Assembly (NCBI GenBank): GCA_963777505.1
Contig: CAVZQN010000004.1
Coordinates: forward strand, 1,504,001-1,568,000
Origin: an uncultured bacterium
Lineage (GTDB): Bacteria > Acidobacteriota > HRBIN11 > JAKEFK01
Direction of reading: 5' to 3'
Length of the DNA stretch: 64,000 nucleotides
Positions 18,675-28,710 of the stretch are shown piece by piece. The notes beneath the pieces were generated by a model that did no database searches, had not been told where the DNA came from, and saw nothing but the letters and a program-made list of their open reading frames with translations. Both the position numbers and the translations under genes were made by a program. The stretch's first letter is position 1. Every line of letters begins with the position of its first letter.

Positions 18675-19415
18675 ATGTCTACAGGCATAAAAGTTCTTTT
18701 GATTGGATGCATTTCTGTTGTTGTGGTTACTGTGCTTGCGCTCGGAGTTGGTGGATATTTCGTTCAAAACTGGTGGTCAGAAAAAAGTAAAACAATCGAA
18801 AACGTTATTGGAACTGAAGATAGTGAATACGGAAAAAAAGTAGCAGAGCTCAATCAAAAATATCCATTTAAGGAACCCGCCGATAACATTGTTCGCGAAG
18901 AAAGACTTCAACGCTTTTTAGCCGTGCGGAAAGATATGGATGTCATATACAAGCAACATGAAGCTGAAATAAAACAGATCGGTGACAACACTAATACACC
19001 TTCGGATGCTCTTAAAGGCGTGGCTTTTTTAAACGATTTACGACTCGCACAAGTTAAAGCCTTGCAGGCTCAAAGTATGAGCAAAGATGAATACACATAC
19101 TTAACTCAGATGGTGTACGTAAACTGGCTTGCAATGATGGCCAATGAAGCTCTTCAAGGACAAAAGTCAGCGGTTGACCAGCTCAAATCTTCGATCGAGC
19201 AAATCGATCAACAATTAAAAGATCCTAACCTTACAGAAGATCAACGGCAGCAGCTTCAATTAACGAAAGATTCTCTTCAGGCGCAACTTGAAACGCTTGG
19301 ACAAGTAGAACAAGGGCTGAAAACCATACCGAAAGAAAATATCGCGCTGTTCAAGAAATACGATCAAGAAATCAGGCAGAACGAGATGACGGGACTAGAA
19401 TTTTTGGGATTCTAG
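18675..19415 (+). CDS. Membrane-anchored helical/coiled-coil hypothetical protein
   Basis: 246 aa, AGGAG SD, single N-terminal TM, Q-rich coiled coil. Confidence 0.75.
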   Translation: MSTGIKVLLIGCISVVVVTVLALGVGGYFVQNWWSEKSKTIENVIGTEDSEYGKKVAELNQKYPFKEPADNIVREERLQRFLAVRKDMDVIYKQHEAEIKQIGDNTNTPSDALKGVAFLNDLRLAQVKALQAQSMSKDEYTYLTQMVYVNWLAMMANEALQGQKSAVDQLKSSIEQIDQQLKDPNLTEDQRQQLQLTKDSLQAQLETLGQVEQGLKTIPKENIALFKKYDQEIRQNEMTGLEFLGF

Positions 19416-19450
19416 ATCTACAAAGGGAAAAGTTTTTCTGCTTGGACAAG

Positions 19451-19555
19451 GCAGGGGAGCAGGGGAGCAGGGGAGCAGGGAGAAAATAAAAAATAAAAAT
19501 CAAAGATCAAAAATGAGAGCTTGGTTTTTGATTTTTTATTTTTCATTTTTTATTT
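19451..19555. repeat. (GCAGGGGA)n octamer tandem plus inverted AAAAT(C/A)A heptamer array
   Basis: Three GCAGGGGA and one GCAGGGA at 19451-19481, then A-rich/T-rich heptamer arms, between convergent genes. Confidence 0.75.
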
Positions 19556-20168
19556 GTAATAGTTTGCCGCCGCGATAAAGCAAATACATAGCAATTATTT
19601 GGATCACATGATACAGATCATTGTGATTGAAATGCTGATGCAGCGTAAATCCCGAAAGTTGAATTCCTGCCGCAACAAACGACACTAAAATCCCCGCACT
19701 GATCCATGCCGAAAAAGGCGCATGCCACCGGAAGATACACAGCGCCAGTATGAGAATCATAGCCGGAACATAGTCATAGATGACATATTTGAAGTCACTT
19801 GTTCGGGCTATGAAAATAATAAATACAGAGAATTGAATCCATGCCAGTACAAGCAAGATACGCCGCGGCAAGTCTTTCAACGTCGCATAGGCGGTTGATG
19901 AAAGCATGAACAAGGTTGAAACGCCAACTGCGTAGAGTGTGATCTTCCAAAGAAGTTTGTAAATAGATTCCGGTAAAGAACGAATAAATCCATGACAGGT
20001 GCCGCCAGTAATTGCAGCAATAGCTATCACAAAAAAGGCGAGCGCCCAGAACTTAATCGTAATTTCGCGATCGCGCGCTGCCTGTCTGCTGAGAAGTACG
20101 GCAAACACAAAAGTTTCTATTGCAAGAATGTAATCAGTGAGGACTGTTACGGGTTCTGTGATTGCCAC
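19536..20168 (-). CDS. 7-TM membrane protein (DUF6962-like)
   Basis: EPVTVLTDY, GGTCHG, FNHNDLYH conserved His motifs. Confidence 0.75.
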   Translation of the reverse strand: MAITEPVTVLTDYILAIETFVFAVLLSRQAARDREITIKFWALAFFVIAIAAITGGTCHGFIRSLPESIYKLLWKITLYAVGVSTLFMLSSTAYATLKDLPRRILLVLAWIQFSVFIIFIARTSDFKYVIYDYVPAMILILALCIFRWHAPFSAWISAGILVSFVAAGIQLSGFTLHQHFNHNDLYHVIQIIAMYLLYRGGKLLQIKNEK

Positions 20169-20183
20169 AACCTTGCGTTGGAT

Positions 20184-20687
20184 TTATGCCTGGCGGAATT
20201 CAGAACTGCCGCACTCCTGGCATGCAGAAAGTTTTCGCCGGCGTTTTATCTCTTGAATCTTACTGCAACTGTTACACAGAAATACGCCACGATCTACGAT
20301 TTGTCCGGAATGATACGTGACTTTATCTGAAAAAGATGCTTCGAGATTTTCTGCTGCTTTTTTGATTCCTGCAGCTAGATTTTCAAGAATTTGTACGCCA
20401 ATTTCTCTCCCTTTCTTAAATGAATTATCAACCTTAATACGCTCTTTTGCGCTGTTGAGAGAATCAACCGTTTGTTGCCAGTTAGCCTGGATTCTTGAAT
20501 GAAATTGGTCGACTTTTTCTTTGCCGTATTTCTTTTCAAGCCTTGCTCGCACTGCTTCCGACACACGATCAAATTCACGCTTTGTTACACGTCCAGCGGT
20601 ACGAAGTCCCTCTTCAAGCAAAATCAGGAATTCATCCTGAACGCTACGAGATGATCTTTTCTTTTCTTTCTTCTCTTTCGTCGGCAT
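20184..20687 (-). CDS. Helical protein with C-terminal zinc ribbon (DUF1451-like)
   Basis: YHSGQIVDRGVFLCNSC...CQECGSSEF; GGAG SD before ATG 20687. Confidence 0.7.
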   Translation of the reverse strand: MPTKEKKEKKRSSRSVQDEFLILLEEGLRTAGRVTKREFDRVSEAVRARLEKKYGKEKVDQFHSRIQANWQQTVDSLNSAKERIKVDNSFKKGREIGVQILENLAAGIKKAAENLEASFSDKVTYHSGQIVDRGVFLCNSCSKIQEIKRRRKLSACQECGSSEFRQA

Positions 20688-21252
20688 ATTCAATCTCCTC
20701 CTTCCCGTTTGTGAGCGTCCTGCTGCTCCCGATCCTCAGGAATATCTTTAGATAGTTCGCAGCGGAAATAAGGGAGATCGCTACAGTCACCCATAATAAG
20801 AAACGTCCGAAACGCTCCCAGGGTTCAATGTAAGTATCTGCGACAATTAAAACGACAATTGTGCAGACCTGACAAACTGTCTTTAGCTTACCGAGCATAT
20901 TGGCAGGCATCAGGTAGCCTTTTGATAGTGCAATACTTCGAATTCCACTAACGGCAAACTCGCGACCGACAATAATGACAACCATCCATGCGGGAGCCAG
21001 ATTTAGCTCTACCAGAGAAATGAAGGCTGAAGATACGAGCAATTTATCAGCAATTGGATCAAGAAGCTTTCCGAATGCAGTTACTTGATTCCTTTTGCGG
21101 GCAAAATATCCATCGAAGAAATCGGTTAATGCCGCTATAACAAAAATGCAGACGCCATAAATCTCTTTTCCATCAATCTTGGTAAGTAAGATGACAACGA
21201 GAAAAGGGGTTAAGAAGATTCGGCTTAAAGTGAGTGTATTTGGGAGATTCAA
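20644..21252 (-). CDS. pgsA: CDP-diacylglycerol--glycerol-3-phosphate 3-phosphatidyltransferase
   Basis: NLPNTLTLSRI, TDFFDGYFARK, GKLLDPIADK, REFAVSGIR. Confidence 0.93.
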   Translation of the reverse strand: MNLPNTLTLSRIFLTPFLVVILLTKIDGKEIYGVCIFVIAALTDFFDGYFARKRNQVTAFGKLLDPIADKLLVSSAFISLVELNLAPAWMVVIIVGREFAVSGIRSIALSKGYLMPANMLGKLKTVCQVCTIVVLIVADTYIEPWERFGRFLLWVTVAISLISAANYLKIFLRIGSSRTLTNGKEEIEYADEREERKEKIIS

Positions 21253-21382
21253 ATTGAAGGCCTCAAGACAAATCTATAATACATCAAGGCACAATAGAAA
21301 GTTGATTTAGGGGGGAATTGTTTTTTAAGACCAAGTTCTTTATTCTAGAAATAATAGACCGGAAATCCGTGTCCGGGCGGAG

Positions 21383-21925
21383 GTGATTGTGTACCAGGAA
21401 AGCATTGATTTATCACATCTTCCGGCGGAGGGGCTAAATATTGACAGGCAAGTTCATTTGAATGCCTGGAGAATTAAAGAGCCTGATTGGGAAAGCCGAT
21501 CTGATCTGGTTTTTGATCTATTTATCAGTGGGAATCAAAGAAAAGCACTGGTTCGTGGAAAGTTTACTGCAGGAATCACAGCCCATTGTGATCGATGTTT
21601 GCAGTCATTTGATGTCGACTTGAGCCGTAGTTTTCGAGTGACCTATCTTGAGCCTGATGCTGAGCGCTTTGCACGTGAAGAAGTAGAATTATCGGATAGT
21701 GAACTCGAAGTTTCTTACATGGATAAATCCTATTTGCCATTGCATGATATGCTTCGGGAGCAGATTTATCTGTCACTGCCGATGAAGTTTTTATGTTCGG
21801 TAGATTGTAAGGGACTGTGTCCACATTGCGGTGCAAATTTGAATGAAGTAGAATGTGACTGCGATCAGGACCAGATGGATCCTCGCTGGGCTTCGTTAAA
21901 GGCGATAGCGAACGATCCTAACTAA
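21383..21925 (+). CDS. yceD: YceD/DUF177 family protein
   Basis: CDRCL, LPMKFLCSVDCKGLCPHCGANLN, DPRW; precedes rpmF. Confidence 0.9.
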   Translation: MIVYQESIDLSHLPAEGLNIDRQVHLNAWRIKEPDWESRSDLVFDLFISGNQRKALVRGKFTAGITAHCDRCLQSFDVDLSRSFRVTYLEPDAERFAREEVELSDSELEVSYMDKSYLPLHDMLREQIYLSLPMKFLCSVDCKGLCPHCGANLNEVECDCDQDQMDPRWASLKAIANDPN

Positions 21926-21996
21926 TCCAATCCCCAGAGACGCAGTAAGGCGCACCGTATGAGGTGCGCATTCTTATTCTAGAGGTAATTACAGAT

Positions 21997-22185
21997 ATGC
22001 CAAATCCAAAACGGAGACATTCAAAAACACGCGGTCGAAAGAGAAGGACGCATGACGCTTTAACTGCTGCTCGTCTTTCGGAATGTCCAAATTGTCATGA
22101 ATTGAGAGTTGCACACCGGATTTGTCCGCATTGTGGGCATTTTGCCGGGCGTGAATATATTCCTGAAAAACAGGCCGAAAAATAG
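21997..22185 (+). CDS. rpmF: 50S ribosomal protein L32
   Basis: MPNPKRRHSKTRGRKRRTH, CPNC...HRICPHCG; GAGGT SD. Confidence 0.95.
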   Translation: MPNPKRRHSKTRGRKRRTHDALTAARLSECPNCHELRVAHRICPHCGHFAGREYIPEKQAEK

Positions 22186-22191
22186 ACGTCA

Positions 22192-23169
22192 ATGCCTGAT
22201 GATGTAACGATTTCTGTGGATGGGATGGGAGGCGATTTTGCGCCACAGAACATTGTTTCTGGTTGTGTTCAGGCAGTTAACGAAACGGGGATCCGGGTTC
22301 TCCTAACCGGCCCCGAAGATCGGATGAAGGAAGAGTTAGCCCACCATCAATATCCTGTCGAACGGATTTCAGTGGTTCATGCTCCTGAAGTTGTCACAAT
22401 GGATGATCAACCTACAACCGCAGTTCGCAAGAAACGCAATTCCTCAATGCGAGTTGCAGTAGATTTAGCGGCTGAAGGTAAAACAGATGGGATTATTAGC
22501 GCCGGTAATACTGGCGCTATGTATGCAACGGTTAAATTCATTATTGGAGCCTTGCCTGGAATTGATAGACTTCCTTTAGCGGCATGGTTTCCGCATCCAA
22601 CCGGACGTTCCATCGTTTTAGATGTAGGCGCCAATGTGGATTGCAAACCGCGTCATCTTCTGGAATTTGCTTTAATGGGCTCAATCTTCGCTCAGGAAAT
22701 TTTTAACATTCCTTCACCCCGCATCGGATTACTCAACATCGGCCATGAAGATGCAAAAGGGAATGATCTGACTCGCGAAACTTTTCCATTGCTTAAGCAA
22801 AGCGATCTTAATTTCATTGGTAATGTTGAAGGAAATGATGTTTTTAAAGGTACAGCTGACGTTTACGTTTGTGATGGCTTCATCGGCAATGTGGCTTTGA
22901 AGGTCAGCGAAAGCTTGATAGAAACTATTTTTCATTTGTTACAGGACGAAATTCAGCAACAACCTAAAATTGGTAAAGTATTAACACGTTATTTTGATTA
23001 TTCTGAATATGGTGGAGCTCCTTTGCTTGGAGCGCGGATTCCAAGTTTCGTATGCCATGGCAAATCGAGTTCTAAAGCAATTAAGAATGCAATTCGAGTT
23101 GCGGAAGAATTTTGCAGTCATAAAGTAAATGAAAGAATTGACCGCAAGATTTCCCGGCTGAATTCGTGA
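22192..23169 (+). CDS. plsX: Phosphate acyltransferase
   Basis: DGMGGDFAP, SAGNTGA, LDVGANVD, FIGNVEG, CDGFIGNVALK, CHGKS. Confidence 0.95.
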   Translation: MPDDVTISVDGMGGDFAPQNIVSGCVQAVNETGIRVLLTGPEDRMKEELAHHQYPVERISVVHAPEVVTMDDQPTTAVRKKRNSSMRVAVDLAAEGKTDGIISAGNTGAMYATVKFIIGALPGIDRLPLAAWFPHPTGRSIVLDVGANVDCKPRHLLEFALMGSIFAQEIFNIPSPRIGLLNIGHEDAKGNDLTRETFPLLKQSDLNFIGNVEGNDVFKGTADVYVCDGFIGNVALKVSESLIETIFHLLQDEIQQQPKIGKVLTRYFDYSEYGGAPLLGARIPSFVCHGKSSSKAIKNAIRVAEEFCSHKVNERIDRKISRLNS

Positions 23170-23212
23170 AGCCGGGTTCCGAATTTTGACTCATGAAATG
23201 GATTGATGAATT

Positions 23213-24145
23213 ATGGCAAAAATTGCAGTTGTATTTCCCGGCCAGGGATCTCAAAACGTTGGGATGGGACGGGATTTCTATGATCGATATCCGCGAGCAC
23301 GCGGTGTATTTGAAGAAGCGGATCGTGCTTTAAAACGTCCCTTGAGCAAACTGTGTTTTGAAGGTCCGCAAGAAGAATTACAGCTTACGGAAAATACTCA
23401 ACCAGGATTATTAACAGTAAGTATCGCGATTTGGTCGCTGCTCAATGAGGTACTTCAGCCTGATTTTGTAGCAGGACACAGTCTTGGCGAATACACAGCA
23501 CTAACAGCAGCGGGTGCTTTGCGGTTTTCAGATGCGGTCAGATTAGTTCGCCGGCGTGGTGAATTTATGCAGCAGGCAGTGCCTGTTGGTCAGGGTGCGA
23601 TGCTTGCAGTCCTCGGCGCAGAGCCAGAAAAAGTCGAAGCACTCTGTAATGAAGCAGCGCAAGGACAGATCCTTTCCCCTGCGAATTTTAATTGCCCTGG
23701 ACAAATTGTTATTGCTGGTCATTCTGAAGCCATTCGCCGCGCCGCAGAAATGGCTCAAGCGATGGGAATCAAACGAACAATTCCGCTTGCAGTCAGTGCA
23801 CCCTTTCATTGTGCTTTAATGAAGCCAGCACAAGAAAACATGATGCCCGTAATCCAAGAACAGACATTCTATCCACTTAAATTTCCGCTCGTTACAAATG
23901 TTGATGCGTCCGTCGCTCAACTTCCGGAAAGAGTGCGCGATGCTTTGATCCGCCAGATCCCAAATCCTGTACTATGGTGGCAATCGATTGATTTACTGAT
24001 CCGCGAAGGAGTCAATACGTTTATCGAAGTAGGTGCCGGAAAAGTATTGACCGGAATGATCCGAAAAGTTTCGCGCGATGTTCAAACATTCAATGTTGAA
24101 AATGTAGACGACTATGAACAACTTCGCGCAAAATATCAAAGTTAA
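23213..24145 (+). CDS. fabD: Malonyl-CoA-ACP transacylase
   Basis: FPGQGSQ, GHSLGEY, VSAPFH. Confidence 0.95.
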   Translation: MAKIAVVFPGQGSQNVGMGRDFYDRYPRARGVFEEADRALKRPLSKLCFEGPQEELQLTENTQPGLLTVSIAIWSLLNEVLQPDFVAGHSLGEYTALTAAGALRFSDAVRLVRRRGEFMQQAVPVGQGAMLAVLGAEPEKVEALCNEAAQGQILSPANFNCPGQIVIAGHSEAIRRAAEMAQAMGIKRTIPLAVSAPFHCALMKPAQENMMPVIQEQTFYPLKFPLVTNVDASVAQLPERVRDALIRQIPNPVLWWQSIDLLIREGVNTFIEVGAGKVLTGMIRKVSRDVQTFNVENVDDYEQLRAKYQS

Positions 24146-24171
24146 ATTCTGCATCTCTGTGGTTTAATTCA

Positions 24172-24912
24172 ATGATGCTTAAAGAACGTTTAACAGTCGT
24201 AACTGGAGCAACTCGTGGAATCGGCCGCGCGATCGCATTGGAAGCTGCACGAAATGGCTCCGATGTAGTCTTATTTGGCCGGAACGAAGATCTTCTCGCC
24301 AGTGCAAAAGCCGAAATTGAAAGCATTGGACGAAGAGCTCTATCTCTTCCCGTTAATGTTGCAAAACAAAATGAGGTTGATGAAGTCTTTAAAACCGTTC
24401 TGAAAGAATTTCCTAAAATTGATTTCCTGGTAAATAATGCCGGTGTGACCCGCGATAATCTCTTACTGACTATGAAGCCGGAAGAATGGAATGATGTCCT
24501 TGAAACCAACCTGAACGGAGTTTATCACTGTAGTAAGGCCGTTCTCAGATCTATGATGAAGCAAAAATATGGAAAGATTGTTAACATAACTTCGATTGCC
24601 GGAATTACAGGAAATCCAGGTCAAACGAATTATTCGGCTTCAAAAGCCGGAGTGATCGGATTTACTAAAGCGTTGGCGAAAGAAATGGGAAAGCGTAATA
24701 TCTGTGTGAATGCAATTGCGCCTGGAATGATCGAAACCGATATGACTGTTTCACTCCCTGAAGAGCTGAAGAAACAGTATATGGAATCGATTCCTCTTGG
24801 ACGGTTCGGAAGAGCTGAAGAAGTAGCAGCACTCACAATCTTTTTGCTTTCTTCAGCAGCCGACTATATTACAGGGCAGACCTTCGCTATTGACGGCGGC
24901 CTTCAAATGTAA
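24172..24912 (+). CDS. fabG: 3-oxoacyl-ACP reductase
   Basis: TGATRGIG, NNAGVTRD, YSASKAG, fab gene context. Confidence 0.95.
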   Translation: MMLKERLTVVTGATRGIGRAIALEAARNGSDVVLFGRNEDLLASAKAEIESIGRRALSLPVNVAKQNEVDEVFKTVLKEFPKIDFLVNNAGVTRDNLLLTMKPEEWNDVLETNLNGVYHCSKAVLRSMMKQKYGKIVNITSIAGITGNPGQTNYSASKAGVIGFTKALAKEMGKRNICVNAIAPGMIETDMTVSLPEELKKQYMESIPLGRFGRAEEVAALTIFLLSSAADYITGQTFAIDGGLQM

Positions 24913-24979
24913 TATTTAAGTTTTTGGATTTTTACATCCGCTCTACGCGGACAATCCGCACAAACGACGGAGGACAAGA

Positions 24980-25210
24980 ATGGAAATCGCTGAAAAGGTA
25001 AAAGGTATCGTTACAGAACAATTAGGTGTGGATGCAGAGGAAGTAACACCAGAAGCAGCATTTATTGAGGACTTAGGGGCGGACTCTCTCGACACCGTTG
25101 AACTTGTAATGGCTTTTGAGGAAGAATTCGGAATTGTAATTCCGGATGAAGAGGCTGACAAGATTCGTACCGTAGGCCAGGCAATAAAATATATTGAAGA
25201 GCATAGTTAG
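24980..25210 (+). CDS. acpP: Acyl carrier protein
   Basis: [20 protein letters not shown]. Confidence 0.97.
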   Translation: MEIAEKVKGIVTEQLGVDAEEVTPEAAFIEDLGADSLDTVELVMAFEEEFGIVIPDEEADKIRTVGQAIKYIEEHS

Positions 25211-25218
25211 GAGGCCTT

Positions 25219-26460
25219 TTGGACCGCAGAGTTGTAATTACCGGAGTGGGGATGGTCTCTCCAATTGGGATTGGTACTGCAGCAAATTGGAATGGGCTGG
25301 TTGAAGGAAGATGCGGAATTTCAACAATTACGCGTTTTGATACGACTGACTACACCACTACGATTGCTGGTGAAATAAAAAATTTTGATCCTGCCGATTA
25401 CATTCCCAAAAAAGAAATTAAGAAAATGGATCTTTTTATCCATTACGCAATCGCAGCTTCAGATTTTGCTTTTCAAGATTCGGGCTTAAAAGTCGATTCC
25501 ACGAACGCTCCGCGCATTGGTGTTTATATCGGATCCGGTATTGGAGGATTCGGTGTCATTGAAGCGACACACAAAGCCCTTTTGGAAGGTGGTCCGCGAA
25601 AGATCTCTCCGTTTTTTATTCCTGCTTCCATTGTAAATCTTGCATCAGGCTGGGTTTCGATCCGGATTGGTGCGAAAGGTCCCAACTCAGCCACCTGTAC
25701 CGCTTGCACAACCGGTGCGCATGCAATTGGCGATGCATTTAAGATCGTTGCGCGTGGTGATGCAGATGTCATGATTGCCGGAGGATCAGAAGGCTGCATT
25801 ACACCTTTAGGAATCGGTGGATTTTGCGCAATGCGTGCTTTGTCTACACGAAATGATGAACCAGAAAAGGCAAGCCGTCCATTTGATAAAGATCGTGACG
25901 GATTTGTAATGGGCGAAGGCGCCGGAATTCTAATTTTGGAATCTCTTGAAAGTGCTCAAAAACGGAATGCACGCATCTATGCAGAAGTCGTTGGATACGG
26001 AATGTCCGGGGATGCTTTTCATATTACAGCACCATCTGAAGATGGTGATGGTGCGATTCGTGTTATGCAATTAACTATAAAAGATGCGGGAATTTCACCG
26101 CGTGAAGTGGATTACATTAATGCGCATGGAACATCGACACCATTTAATGATCGCGCGGAAACAATGGCAATAAAAAAAGTATTTGGAGATCATGCCAAAA
26201 AATTAGCCATAAGTTCAACGAAATCGATGACCGGCCATTTGCTTGGAGCTGCTGGAGGGTTGGAGAGCGCAATTATGGCTTTAGCGATTCACCATCAGAC
26301 TGCGCCGCCTACCATAAATCTTGATAACCCTGATCCGGATTGCGATCTTGATTATGTTCCTCATCACAGCCGGAAAATGGAAATTCGATACGCCCTATCC
26401 AATTCTTTTGGTTTCGGCGGCACCAATGGCGCCTTATTATTTAAAAGATATCCTGACTAA
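25219..26460 (+). CDS. fabF: Beta-ketoacyl-ACP synthase II
   Basis: TACTTG, NAHGTST, TGHLLGAAG, NSFGFGGTN; TTG start after GGAGG. Confidence 0.96.
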   Translation: MDRRVVITGVGMVSPIGIGTAANWNGLVEGRCGISTITRFDTTDYTTTIAGEIKNFDPADYIPKKEIKKMDLFIHYAIAASDFAFQDSGLKVDSTNAPRIGVYIGSGIGGFGVIEATHKALLEGGPRKISPFFIPASIVNLASGWVSIRIGAKGPNSATCTACTTGAHAIGDAFKIVARGDADVMIAGGSEGCITPLGIGGFCAMRALSTRNDEPEKASRPFDKDRDGFVMGEGAGILILESLESAQKRNARIYAEVVGYGMSGDAFHITAPSEDGDGAIRVMQLTIKDAGISPREVDYINAHGTSTPFNDRAETMAIKKVFGDHAKKLAISSTKSMTGHLLGAAGGLESAIMALAIHHQTAPPTINLDNPDPDCDLDYVPHHSRKMEIRYALSNSFGFGGTNGALLFKRYPD

Positions 26461-26461
26461 A

Positions 26462-26533
26462 GTAGGGGCGGGTCTAAGACCCGCCCGCCAGCCCTTATAA
26501 AAACACACGGGCGGGTCTTAGACCCGCCCCTAC
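26462..26533. repeat. GTAG-type REP doublet
   Basis: GTAGGGGCGGGTCTAAGACCCGCCC...GGGCGGGTCTTAGACCCGCCCCTAC; near-identical arms at 59991-60066. Confidence 0.85.
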
Positions 26534-26545
26534 GTAGGAAAACTG

Positions 26546-27319
26546 ATGAATATCATTGTTTTTGTTAAACAAGTACCAGATACGGCCACGCGAATTAAGA
26601 TCGGTGCAGGTGGAAAAAATATTGATGAGGCGGATGTCACATGGATTATTTCACCCTATGATGACTTTGCGCTTGAAGAAGCGCTTAAGATCAAAGAAAG
26701 CAAGGGTTCAGGAAAGGTAACTGTAGTGAGTCTGGGGCCTGAAAGAGCCTCAACATCTTTGCGCAATGCACTTGCGATGGGAGCCGATGAGGCAGTTCAT
26801 GTCAACGATCCGGCTGTTGATGGAAGTGATGCATTTGTCACCGCTCAAGTTCTTGCGGCTGTTGCAAAAGCACGACCGTTCGACATTTTATTCTTTGGAA
26901 AAATGGGCGTCGGAATGGATCAATCCCAGGTTCCTTCAATGGTCGCAGAAATATTGAATCTTCCGCAGGTGACTCAGATTGCTAAACTTGAAGTAGGCGA
27001 TGGTACTGTCACAGCCCATCGTGAAGTCGAAGGAGCAACCGAAACCGTAGAATCCCCTCTCCCTGTTGTTTTAGCGGCAGAGAAGGGTTTGAATGAGCCT
27101 CGTTATCCTAGCTTGAAAGGGATCATGGCCGCAAAAAAGAAACCAGTGGAAACGGTTACGCTTGCCTCATTAGGCGTGGCTGTTGCGAATCCTTCAGTGA
27201 CAGTCTTAAACATTTCACTTCCTCCCGAGCGGCAGGGGGGTAAAATTCTGACGGGTGATCCGCAGGATACCGTAAAAGAGTTAGTAAACCTTCTTCATAA
27301 CGAAGCAAAAGTAATATGA
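26546..27319 (+). CDS. etfB: Electron transfer flavoprotein beta subunit
   Basis: VKQVPDT, ALAMGAD, NEPRYPSLKGIMAAKKK. Confidence 0.95.
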   Translation: MNIIVFVKQVPDTATRIKIGAGGKNIDEADVTWIISPYDDFALEEALKIKESKGSGKVTVVSLGPERASTSLRNALAMGADEAVHVNDPAVDGSDAFVTAQVLAAVAKARPFDILFFGKMGVGMDQSQVPSMVAEILNLPQVTQIAKLEVGDGTVTAHREVEGATETVESPLPVVLAAEKGLNEPRYPSLKGIMAAKKKPVETVTLASLGVAVANPSVTVLNISLPPERQGGKILTGDPQDTVKELVNLLHNEAKVI

Positions 27320-27329
27320 GAATAGTACT

Positions 27330-28313
27330 ATGAGTATAGTAACATTTATTGAAGTACGGGACGGACAGGCAAAGAAGGCTTCGTTAGAAGCGCTTTCCGA
27401 AGCAAGGAGACAGGCCGATCAAAAAGGCTTGAAATCAATCGCTGTCGTTGTTGGTTCGCCGGCGGAGTTAGCGGTTCAAAAGGTATCAGGTTACAAGCCT
27501 GATAAAATTCTTGTTGCAGATGACCCTTTATTTAGTTCCTATTCGGCCGAGAGTTATTCCGCGGCTCTAGCTGCTGCCGTTAAGCAGGAAAATGCCCGCG
27601 CGATTTTTGTATCTGCTACTTCGATGGGCAAAGAAGTAGTAGCACGGACAGCCGCGAAGTTTCAGACAAGCGTACTGTCTGATATTGTCGCGCTTGAATG
27701 GGGTGATTCAATCAAAGCACGGCGTCCAGTTTATTCAGGCAAAGCCTATGCCGAAGTTGAGTCAAAAGGTGATAAACCTGTATTCATTTCTTTAAGGCCC
27801 AATGTATTTCCCGCTGCTTCACCGGATTCATCACACAAACCGGAAACCGCTAAGTTGGATGCTGGGATTACTCCGGATCAGGTCCGCGCTAAAGTGAAAG
27901 AAGTACACAAAACAGTGAATGATACTGTTGAACTCACTGAAGCTGAAATTATTGTTTCGGGAGGGCGTGGTTTGAAGGGTCCTGAAAATTTTCATCTCAT
28001 TAACGAACTTGCAAGCGTTTTAAATGCAGCTGTCGGTGCCTCGCGTGCAATTGTTGATGCTGGATGGGTGGATCATCAACTTCAGGTCGGCCAGACTGGA
28101 AAAGTTGTTTCGCCAACGTTATATATTGCTGCAGGTATCTCAGGTGCAATTCAACATCTCGCAGGCATGTCCTCTTCTAAGTATATTGTGGCGATTAACA
28201 AGGACCCTGATGCACCGATTTTCAAACTTGCAAATTACGGAATCGTGGGAGATGTTTTTCAGATCCTTCCGGCTTTGACTGAGGAAATCAGGAAGTTAAA
28301 GAGCGAAAGTTAA
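27330..28313 (+). CDS. etfA: Electron transfer flavoprotein alpha subunit
   Basis: VSGGRG, GASRA, QVGQTGK, GISGAIQH, AINKD. Confidence 0.95.
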   Translation: MSIVTFIEVRDGQAKKASLEALSEARRQADQKGLKSIAVVVGSPAELAVQKVSGYKPDKILVADDPLFSSYSAESYSAALAAAVKQENARAIFVSATSMGKEVVARTAAKFQTSVLSDIVALEWGDSIKARRPVYSGKAYAEVESKGDKPVFISLRPNVFPAASPDSSHKPETAKLDAGITPDQVRAKVKEVHKTVNDTVELTEAEIIVSGGRGLKGPENFHLINELASVLNAAVGASRAIVDAGWVDHQLQVGQTGKVVSPTLYIAAGISGAIQHLAGMSSSKYIVAINKDPDAPIFKLANYGIVGDVFQILPALTEEIRKLKSES

Positions 28314-28329
28314 CACCCAGGTAAAAACT

Positions 28330-28677
28330 GTGTTAGAGATTGAAACGAAAGTCATCAATCCCGATGAAAATGTCGTATTGATTCAGGTGAAAGGCAGAAT
28401 CGCTTCAGGCGGTGTTGGCAAACTTGAGCAACAACTTGATGATTATGGAAGCGGCAAACCTATCAAATTAATTCTTGATCTTCATGAAGCCGAAGCCATC
28501 GACAGTCAGGGTGTAGGAATGCTGATTAAGGCTCGTTTCGATATCGTTAACAACGGCGGGAAGATTGTTTTACTAGGGCTTACTGACCGTGTTCGTGCTG
28601 TGCTTCGCATCTCTGGGTTAGAAGAATATTTTCTGATTGCACCGGATGAAGCGAAAGCCCTTGAGTTAATCAAATAA
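28330..28677 (+). CDS. STAS-domain anti-sigma factor antagonist
   Basis: 115 aa, LILDL...IDSQGVGML with phospho-acceptor Ser. Confidence 0.85.
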   Translation: MLEIETKVINPDENVVLIQVKGRIASGGVGKLEQQLDDYGSGKPIKLILDLHEAEAIDSQGVGMLIKARFDIVNNGGKIVLLGLTDRVRAVLRISGLEEYFLIAPDEAKALELIK

Positions 28678-28710
28678 ATCCTTAACCGCAAAGACTCAAA
28701 GGGCCAGTTC

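Noticed and set aside
20644-20760. Extended PgsA C-terminus overlapping the next gene as a seventh frameshift
   Set aside because: No conserved sequence to show a shift; a natural tail cannot be excluded
21950-21969. Hairpin GCGCACC-GTATGA-GGTGCGC before rpmF as a riboswitch or leader
   Set aside because: Single short stem with no recognisable family features or U-tract; not supportable
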